The notes under the pieces were generated by a model. That model worked only from the letters and a program-made list of their open reading frames with translations. It did not search any database and had not been told where the DNA came from. DNA of 64,000 bases from Raja brachyura. Lineage: Eukaryota. Location: the NCBI GenBank assembly GCA_963514005.1, contig OY740781.1, positions 65,658,001 through 65,722,000 of the forward strand, read 5' to 3'. Both the position numbers and the translations under genes were made by a program. Shown in pieces: positions 51,397-60,987 of this stretch (position 1 is the stretch's first letter; the number at the start of each line of letters is the position of its first letter).

Positions 51397-51515
51397 GAGT
51401 TCAGTTCAGTTTTAGTTTATTGTCACGTACCGAGGTGCAATGAAAAGCTTTTTGTTGCGTGCCAACCAGTCGCTGAAAGACAATAGATGATTTATAATTG
51501 AGCCATTCACAGTGG
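51397..51515 (-). mobile_element. Short LINE 3' end (Rex1/L2 group); related copies at about 54588-54740 (-) and 49600-49650 (+)
   Basis: Shared tttagtttattgtcacgt.ccgaggtRcaRtgaaaagcttt...ttgcgtgc motif. Confidence 0.6.
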
Positions 51516-52214
51516 GATTATACTACAGCCTCCCCAAAAATCAGTGGGAATTAGAGGAGCAAACATAGGGAAATTGCAGATCAATGTTGGAATAGCAGGG
51601 TTGTAATGTCAGGTGATTTTAACTTTCCTAATATTGACTCGGGCTGCCATTGTGCTAAGCGATTAGATGAGGCAGAACTTATAAAGCATGTTCATTAAAG
51701 TTTTCTGAAGCAAATTGTGGATGGCCTTCCAAGAGAAGGGGACTACAGTTGACCTTCTCTTAGGTAATGAAACTGGAGAAGTGGCCCAAGTGTCAGTGTG
51801 GGAGCACTTTGGGACCAGGGACCTGTGACCATATTTAATCTCATGATAATTATAGAAAATATACTTTTCCCTTAAGTTAAAGCCCCAAATTGGTGTAAGA
51901 CTAATTTTAATGAAGTTAGAGAGAAACTTGCAAAGGTTGACGAGGAGTGCCTGTTAGCAGGTGAAGAGGCATTTGATAAGTGGGAGACTTTTACAAGTGG
52001 GATGGGGAAAGTTCAGAGCCAGCATGTTCCTGTTAGAGCAAAATCCAAGTCTGGCAGGAATGTGGTTGACAAGGATCTTGAGGCCAGGTCAGGAAAAAAA
52101 ATCATATGTCAGGTATAGGTAGCGAGAGTCAAGCAAATCCCTTGAGGAGTACAAAGAATAAAGGAGTTCACTTAATTAAATTATGAGGATATTAACAGGA
52201 CATGAGATATTCCT

Positions 52215-52387
52215 CATGACATGTCGCGGGGTGATGCCTGTTTGGTCCTGAGCAGTCGCCCAAAGAGTCGTACCTTTTTCTGGTCGCCGCTGGATTTTCA
52301 ATATTTTGACATTTTTCGGCGACTTGCCGCAACTATGTCGGGTGCTGGCAAGTTGCTGAAAAAAATCACGTAAGTGGTACAGGCCCA
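52215..52387. mobile_element. Harbinger-type MITE fragment
   Basis: gtcgcc repeats and terminus taagtggtacaggccc. Confidence 0.6.
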
Positions 52388-52541
52388 TACGGTAAAGCAA
52401 AGTTCTAAAGATATTAAGACCAAAAGTTCTCCTTAAGGATCAGGTTGGTCATGTATATGATGAGCCACAGAAGATGAGCGAGGTCTTATATGAATACCTC
52501 TCCTTGCATTTACCATGGAGAAGGACATGAAAACTAGTGAG

Positions 52542-52764
52542 GGTTACACAAAAAGCTGGAGAAACTCAGCGGGTGCAGCAGCATCTAAGGAGTGAAGGAG
52601 AAAGGTCATGTTTCGGGTCGAGACCCTTCTTCAGACTGAAGAAGGGTCTCGACCCGAAACGTCGCCTATCTCCTTCGCTCCTTAGATGCTGCTGCATCCG
52701 CTGAGTTTCTACAGCTTTTTGTGTCACCCTCGATTCTCCAGCATCTGCAGTTCCTCCTTTAACA
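52542..52764. mobile_element. Hairpin of two inverted Penelope pLTRs with back-to-back hammerhead motifs
   Basis: Arms of about 95 bp are symmetric about 52635 (cttcttcag-a-ctgaagaag). 17-bp TSD acatgaaaactagtgag (52525-52541 / 52765-52781). Confidence 0.92.
52636..52663 (+). ncRNA. Minimal hammerhead ribozyme motif, full consensus
   Basis: CUGAAGA A GGGUC UC GACCC GAA ACGU C. Confidence 0.7.
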
Positions 52765-55339
52765 ACATGAAAACTAGTGAGTTCAGGAAAGAAAACCATA
52801 TCGTCTTTGTGAAGGAGGAGGCATTGGCAGTTATGAAACATACAACGATGGATAAATTCCTGGGGCCTGGCCAGGTGTATCAACGTCCACAATGTTGTGC
52901 AAAACAAAGGAAATGTTTGTTAGGGCCCTGGACAAAATAAATTGTAGCTTCATCTTCATTAGCAACAGGTAAGGTACAGGAAGAGTAAAGGATGGATAAT
53001 GTTTTGCCTTTACTTCAGAAGGATTGCAAGGACAAGCAAGTTAACCACATACTATAACAATGGTGGGAACATTACTTGAGGGAATTCCGAGAAAAAGGAT
53101 ATATTTGCATCTGAAAAGGCAAGGCATGATTAACGATCGTCATTGTGGCTTTGTTCATGAGAGATTACATATACAAATTTGATTGAGTTATTTGAGGAGG
53201 TGGCTAACAGCATTGATGACAGCAGAGCAATAGACATTATCTACATGGATTTTGGCAGGCCTTTGACAGGGTCCACTTGGCTGGTTTCAGAAGGTGTGAA
53301 TATATGGGATCCAGAGCAAAGGAGTAAATTGGCAGTGGAGAAGTCGCATGTTGCATGTTGGGTGTGGCTTCTCCAATTGGATACTGCAAACAGAGAAATG
53401 TCACAGAGATTGGTGCTGGATTCTTTATTGTTCATCATATATATTCAACATTTGGAAGAAGTGGCATGATTATTGAGTTTGCAGGTGATACCAAACAGCA
53501 ATACAGGTGGTCTATTGGACTGTGAAAGATATTATCAAAGGTTACAAAAGGATCTAGGTCAACTGGAAAAATGGGCAAAGGAATGGAAGAAGGAATTTAA
53601 ATCGACCAAGAGCGAATTGATGCATTTCAGGAAGATAACCGAAGCCGAGTCATACACAGTTAATGATGGTGCCCTGCGGAGTGTTATTAAAGAAAAGCAA
53701 GACTTTGAGCTGCAAGTCTATAGTATGCTGAGGGGATAGGGCATGCCTGCCTTCATCCGCAAAGGAGTTACATAACAGTTGTATAAATTGCTGGATAGGC
53801 TGCACTTTAGAGTATTGTGTGCAGTTCTGGTCACAACACAATAGGAAGAATAAGATTAAGGGTGCTGAAATTATTCACTGTAATGCTGCCTGAACTGCAA
53901 AGCTTGAGATATAATGTGAAATTGGAGAGGCAGGGATTGTTTTCCCCAAGGCCAAGAAGGCTGAAGGGCGATGTTGCAGAGGATTATAAAATTTGAAGTG
54001 TGAAAAAACCCTTATTATTTATATCTAAACCTACAGAGCTGTGCTAAAGGACAAAACTACTGTGGCATGTTAAAGTATGCACACCATTTTTAAATTTCAA
54101 AACTTTTTTTTTGCAATAATGCTACATCTGCACATGTAGTCCACAATTGACCAATACATTAAAATTAGTTTTTATCAGTTTGACACAAAAAAGAAAGCAG
54201 CATAAATTAATAAGAAATGTAGTCATGTGGAAGCCATTTTATGCTGATATGAAAGTTAACCAGCTGGAGGACTTTGTCACAGGTTTAATTCAACCTTGGC
54301 ATTCACACCTAGTCTGAAAATCTGTTAGAAACATGGGAGCACAGCCTCTCCAGCCAGTACTCTCAGATTGCGAACGATTCCTGTCACAACTCCATTTGCC
54401 TTGCTTTCATCTTTGATGCCCCATCCCAGCAAAGGTTTGAAGATTTGATCTCCCAATCTTCAGAAGGACCAAGTTCCAAATTTTCCATGATGCATTCTGT
54501 GAAAAATTGCTCCTGGATTTCCCTTCTAAATTGTCCATCTCTGATTAAGCTTATGTTCCGTTATAATCTGATGAAGGAATCCAGTGCTCAGTTCAGTTTA
54601 GTTCATCGTCATGTGAACCTAGGTACAGTGAAAAGCTTTGGTTGCGTGCTAAGCAGTCAGCAGAAAGACAATACATGATTACAATCGAGCCATGTACAGT
54701 GTATAGATACATGATAAGTGAATAACGTTTAGTGCAAGAAGCCTTTAGGTACATGCTTTATAAAATTACTTTTAAATGCTTCAATTAGCTACTTCTTCAA
54801 CCGTATAATTTAATTTAACCCTCCTAAGACTGCATTTTCAAGACCAGTTATATTCCACGTTCAGTGACCAACATTTACACAAGAAATGCAATATAAAAGT
54901 ATGAAATGGGAACATGAACAGGTCATGTAGCTTCTCAAACCCAGTTTACAGTGCACCGAGGCCACGATTGATGCCGTGCTTCTGGTCCAACTATATACCT
55001 GAACCCATTGTTCCCGTCCTGTCCAAAAATCTATCAATCTCAGCTTTGGAACTTAACACATAAGCACACATTACCCCTTGGTGTAAAGCGTTCCAAGGAA
55101 TTAGAGGATTTCAAAAAAAGCTATGAGCAAAGGTCACAGCACACCGATAGAGTATATGAATGCCATTGTGTTACATACAGCATGTTTGCTCATGAATAAA
55201 TTGTGATCCTATGGGCAATAGGAAAGGACAATCATCCTTTCTGTCTAGTTGTCGTTATTGCATTTGAACAGTGGAATTCTTTCACTGCTCACTCGCTTAC
55301 CCTCTTCAGCAATTCTGCATTTCAAACAGCTCATTCCAA

Positions 55340-55950
55340 GTGGCACTTTCAACTTCAGGTCAGAAGATTGTGGATTCTTGCTCACAACAAAGACCAAAAT
55401 GGGAGTACAGTGTACTGTTAAAGCTGTGTTGTTCAGATGAAACATTAAACAGCAATCTTGAGGGAGCGCACATCAATTTTAAAATGTTCACTTGCATCAC
55501 TTAAAAATAATGCTTGCACACATGGTCAGAGTCTTCTCCATACCTATCTAGATTGACACAAAGTGCTGAAGTAACTCAGCAGGACAGGCACCCATCTCTG
55601 GATAGGTGACGTTTCAGGTTGGGTCTCTTTTTCAGACTGATCATGCCTCACCCGCTGAGTTACTCCAAAACTTTGTGTCTTTTTTTGTAAATCAGCACCT
55701 GCAATTTCTTGTTACTAGACAAAGATCTTGCCTGGGCTTTCAGATGGATCTAAATAATTCCATGGCACTATATCAAGAGCAGAAGAGTAACCTTCTATAA
55801 AGGCTCTGGCCATTATTTATCTCTTAACCATCATCACCAAACTAGATGATCTGGCCATTATCACATTGCTACTTAAGGGACATAGTTGGGTGCAAATTGA
55901 CTGTGTCATTTCTTACAAGATTGATTGCAATAAAAATAACATAATTGGAG
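55340..55950 (+). mobile_element. Ancient DeuSINE (SacSINE1/AmnSINE1-like), interrupted by a pLTR pair at about 55553-55715
   Basis: gtcagaagattgtgg, ttcagatgaaacattaaac, ccatggcactat..aagagcag, ctggccattatttatctc..aaccatcatcacc..gatctggccattatcacattgct, gcaaattgactg match the recalled Deu-domain consensus. Confidence 0.7.
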
Positions 55951-56089
55951 AAAGACAATGAATTGGTACAATATAAGAGGTCAACTACATTGTTCTCAAG
56001 GCTTTAAGAGAACAAGAGAGTAACCGTTTCAACGCTGTATGGTACTATGACTACATCTCATCAGAGAATCATCTTTGATTCTAATAACT

Positions 56090-57112
56090 CATATCAAGAA
56101 TATAAAGGAGGATAGTTAAAGCTTCTTTAGGTATGTGAAGAAGAAAACAATTGTTGATCATTTTCCAATGCTCGATGCTGGGACCGCAGCTATTTACAAT
56201 ATATATTAATTATATAAATGTAGGGATTACAAGTAACATTAGCAAATTTGCAGATGACACAAAGCTGGGTGGCAGTGTGAACTGTGAGGAGGATGCTATG
56301 AGAATGCAGGGTGACTTGGACAGGTTGGGTAGGTGGGCAGATGCATGGCAGATGCAGTTTAATGTGGATAAATGTGAGGTTACCCACTTTGGTAACAAAA
56401 ACAGGAAGGAAGATTATTATCTAAATGTTGTCAAGTTGGGAAAAGGGGAAGTACAATGAGATCTGGGGGTCCTTGTTCATCAGTCAATGAAAGTAAACGT
56501 GCAGGTACAGAGGGCAGTGAAGAAAGCGAACGGCATGTTGGCCTTAATAACAAGAGAAGTTGAGTATAGGAGCAAACAGGTCCTTCTGCAGTTGTACAGG
56601 GCCCTAATGAGACCATACCTTGCTATTGAGGGAGTGCAGCGTAGATTCACAAGGTTAATTCCCAAGATGGCGGGACTGTCATATGCTGAGAGAATGGAGC
56701 GGCTGGGCTTGTATACACTGGAATTTAGGATGAGAGGGAATATTATTGCAACATATAAGATTAATAAGGGTTTGGACACGCTAGAGGCTGGAATCATGTT
56801 CCCGATGTTGGGGGAGTCCAGAACCAGGGGCCACAGTTTCAGAATAAGGAGAAAGCCATTTTGAAAAGAGATGAGGAAATACATTTTCACACAGAAAGTT
56901 GTGAGCCTGTAGAATTCTCTGTCTCAGAGGGCGGAGGAGGCTGGTTCTCTGGATACTTTCAAGAGAGAGCTAAATGGGGCTCTTGAAGATAGCAGTCAGG
57001 GAATATGGGGAGAAGGCAGGAATGGGGTACTGATTGTGGATGATCAGCCATGATCACATTGAATGGCGGTGCTGGCTCAAAGGGCCGTATGGCCTACTCC
57101 TGCACCTATTGA
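56090..57112 (+). mobile_element. CR1 LINE fragment with internal deletions
   Basis: LGPQLFTIYIN..KFADDTKLGG, KKANGMLALITREVEYRSK, 3' UTR ggcctactcctgcacctat. Confidence 0.92.
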
Positions 57113-57664
57113 CCATCAGAAAATCTATGATGTTACCTAATTTGAGCCCATTTAGTTCTCTAAATGAGCTATCTAATTTAACATTTGAAGCAAATACAAG
57201 AACAAAAGATATCCATGGCATATGAGCGAGCTCCATGACATGGTAAAAACATTACAGGATAAATCTATAATCGGTGAAGGAGCGCACACTCAATTTTAGA
57301 GAGTGCACTTGCATAATTTAAATAGAATATTTGCACAGATGGTTATGGTCTTCTTGGCATCTACCTAGATTACTTTCAGCCACCAATGATAAGGAATTAC
57401 ATAGATTGGGCTTGTTTAAAGCACAGGCAATTCAAGCTTATGTCCCCAGAAATGTGTTTAAGAAATTCTTGTTTTGTGGACCCATTCGAGTCACTTATTT
57501 CTAACGCTCAGAGCCAGAATCATGGCAGTTGTTCCCACTGAAGAATAATCCCAGAAGAGTAAATATTCTTAAATCATTTTGTGGAAATCATTTTGAGTAT
57601 ATGTGCTTGTGATGCTGTTGCAATTAAGATTTCCATTGTACCCGCACCTCATCATATTTGATAA

Positions 57665-58012
57665 TAGACAATAGACAATATGTGCAGGTGTAGTCCATTT
57701 GGCCCTTCGAGCCACCACCGCCATTCAATGTGATCATGGCTGATCATCCCCAATCAGTACCCCGTTCCTGCCTTCTCCCCATATCCCCTGACTCCGCTAT
57801 CTTTAAGAGCCCTATCTAGCGCTCTCCTGGAAGCATCCAGAGAACCTGCCTCCACCGCCCTCTGAGACAGAGAATTCCACAGTCACCACTCTCTGTGATA
57901 AAAAGCGTTTCCTTGTCTCCGTTCTAAATGGCCTACCCCTTATTCTCAAACTGTGACCCCTGGTTCTGGACTCCCCCAACATCGGGAACATGTTTCCTGC
58001 CTCTAGTGTGTC
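57665..58012 (-). mobile_element. CR1 3' fragment
   Basis: (tagacaa)n tail and 3' UTR; closely similar to 14401-14745. Confidence 0.9.
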
Positions 58013-58069
58013 CTTTCCTGCCTCTAGTGTGTTCTTTCCTGCCTCTAGTGTGTCCGCAGCTAGTGTGTC
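57993..58069. repeat. 21-bp tandem triplication at the CR1 truncation point
   Basis: tttcctgcctctagtgtgt x3, plus a partial ctagtgtgtc. Confidence 0.85.
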
Positions 58070-59479
58070 TCAAGCAAGGGAGCATAATTTGTGCATTGCG
58101 TATTTGTGCAGGACAATACACTTGACTTGATTTGAAGCAGGATCAGTTGAGGGAATGCCTCTCAGGACAATCTCCCTGCACTGGATCTATTCAGACTCTG
58201 CTGGAGAGTCAAAGAAATTCAAGGCCCACAACTGCTATAAACCGTGACTTTAATAACAAACATATACCCCAATTTTTTTTTAACGAAACGTAATAAATGA
58301 CATTTCAGTCATGAATTCATTTATACATTTGCAATGAGGTATACACTTGGAGTCCAGAAAAACAAAAGCTGCCTGATGAACACGAAGGTATGAATCAAAA
58401 AATCCTAAAAGATAAAATGACTTAAACCTGTCATCTATTAATGGATCAAATCATTATGAGAAAATACCAATAACCTGGTTCATGTCGGTTCCCATTAATG
58501 AATGTTATTAGTTCTATTTCTATTAAATTATTTATCATTTAAATTAGATAGCATATAAACTTGAGCAAAATCCATTTAATTAAAAAATATTTAATTTTAA
58601 GTCATTGCAAAGAATTAATTTACTATCTACTTGGAACTAAATATTAATGTGTGTTGGATAAGTGTAAAAATGTTCATTACAGTGATCAAGGTTACTGTAA
58701 ACTTAAAAAGAAACGTGTTTTTCTTTTAAAAGCAATCCTTTTAATCATTCAGTTCATGCAACCCACACAAAAACATAATTAGTTAATAAGCTACTGTCCC
58801 TACAGGGGAACATATTTTCCTATTAGGTAATACCCGCGTAGGTTGCCTTCCTACAGTTTTTAATTAGCTCCACTATGTGCAGCTGATTTCTGTAATAGCA
58901 TGTTGATTTGACCAGCGTCATAAACGCACCATCCATATGGAGCTACCAAGACCAAAACATTAGTAGCTTATCTGCTTCTCTGTGGAAGCCAGTAGCACTA
59001 CAGTATGAAATAAATTCCAAATTCAAATTACATTCCTGGAATAAAACTATTTTATTTTCAGAATGAATAAATAGGGAGAGCGCAACTAGTTGGATTTGAA
59101 TGGCCTATCAGTCTGAGGCCACAAAGGAATTTACAGCCAGAAATTAGCTGATGAAAACAAGCTGCTGCATTCCCATGAGCCCAAATGTTTTTGTTAGATT
59201 ATATCTCCCCTTCTGATGACATCAACAAGAGCGTAATAACAAGCCGGGAATACTGCTCATGTCTGTGCTGTGATAAGCTGCCTTGCACTACAACAACAGT
59301 TCATTCACTTTGATATTTTAAACATCCATCACCGAGCAAGGGAGCATCATTAAACTGATGGCTTTAGGTCAGTGATGCTCAAAATTATGCAGCAAGAAAA
59401 TCAACTCCAAGGTAAGGCAGCATATGAGAGAGGCAAAGGGATAGCCTACACCCTGCATTTCGACTGATATTACAAAGAT

Positions 59480-60290
59480 GAGGTAGTCATTGTGAGGAGT
59501 TGAGGGGATATGGTGAGGCCGGTACTGGCGAGCAATAGGTGGATGCAGATAAGCTGCGGGATGAAGGGCAGATGGAGCAGATAGCAGAGGGGAGGATAGT
59601 GGCAGAAATAGATGGGAGACAACAAAGGTCTGAAGATTCTGGAAACTGTCAAGATAATAAGTGGAACCAGACGAGGGCAGAGGATAGGGGAGCCAGTGGC
59701 ATACGTTTGTGGGTGATTGACGGAGAGAACCGGGTAAGTGAAGTGGAAAGAGACTGGGTGGTGGGGGCTGGGAGAAAGCTATTAGAAAGAAGGAGGGGGA
59801 GGGGGGATGGGGGTGGGTGTTGAGAACCTGGGGAGAGGATGGGGAGAGAAAGGAACAGAGGGGTAAGCATCACCTGAAAATGGAAAACACTATGGCTTTT
59901 TGGACAATTGAGATGTGGACTGTACCTGCTGGACTTCCAGTTTGCCTTCAGCCTCACCATTCCAGTGAAGAAGTCTGAGGACATACAGGTGGAAATGTGA
60001 AGAGGAGTCGAAATGGCATGCAAATGGGAACTCAAGATAACTATAGCGGACCGAGTGCAAGTGCTCGGCAAAGCGGTCACTTACATTATGCTTGATCTTG
60101 TTGATTTAGAGGAAAACATGCCCACTCCCCAACTGGTTCCATCTGCCCACCGTGCCTTCCTTATCAGATTCTACTTGTCACCTTCCTTACTTCAACTATC
60201 TCTATGCCTTCACAGATGCTGACCTGCTGTGTTCCTTCAGCAGTTTGCTTTTACTCCAGATTCCAGCATCTGTGGTCTCTTGTGCCTCCA
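59480..60290 (-). mobile_element. Old Penelope remnant (GIY-YIG trace and purine-rich UTR), with a + strand pLTR piece at about 60175-60290
   Basis: Minus strand gtgaccgctttgccgagcacttgcactcggtc encodes DRFAEHLHSV. cagatgctgacctgctg...ccagcatctgtggtctc. Confidence 0.6.
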
Positions 60291-60987
60291 TGGTCAGAAT
60301 TATACCTTCATCAGACATGTAGATTCCTCCCTCACCGTCCCATGATCCCACCAGTCCCGTTGGTAGGAATAGCTCATGATGGCATATTGTCAGGTGAGTG
60401 AAACCCTCACAGTTGTTAGCATTCACTTTCGATTCTATGATATCAAACAACATCTTCAAATGCCACATTCCATTAATTCACCTCCCTTGGTTTAATGCGT
60501 TAAGTACCTAAACTTCCTTGCCAAGATCTTAGATCCTTCATTCACATCCTCCACTTCATTGTTCCATACTTTGTACTAGTCCAGGCATCATACTCACAAA
60601 GATGATACAAGGATGTCAATTCCTTTTATATTGCCCAAACATTTTAGATGCACTAACGCATATTTCTCTGATAAGTTACAAACACCCCCACAATGATTTC
60701 CACCATCTTGTGTATTTAAGCTGCAGAAGAGTTTCCAACTAGGTTTTGGGCAACTACACCAATCCAACTCGACAACCATCAGGCTATTTCATTTCGGAGT
60801 CACGTGAGTGACTTCATGAAGAACCCGCCAGCACGCATGCGCGACATATCGTCGCTCGCATTTGCAGTCGACGGCTGGAGGTGGAGCGCGGCTCACCACC
60901 AGCCCTTCATAAGGGCCACTCAGGTAAGTATAGACAACCTTGAGCTGGTTGTTCCTTGTTTGAATATTTTTCTCTCCAAACAGGGTC

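Larger units (their letters stand above)
51520..54000 (+). mobile_element. Older CR1 LINE (APE to RT C-terminus), heavily mutated, with nested inserts
   Basis: ggtgattttaactttcctaatattgact (GDFNFPNID), IELFEEV..IDDSRAIDIIYMDF, LQKDLGQLEKWAKEW, gagtattgtgtgcagttctgg. Confidence 0.85.

Noticed and set aside
52542-52730. Long hairpin as a miRNA precursor or terminator
   Set aside because: Both arms are Penelope pLTR sequence and the unit is bounded by a TSD.
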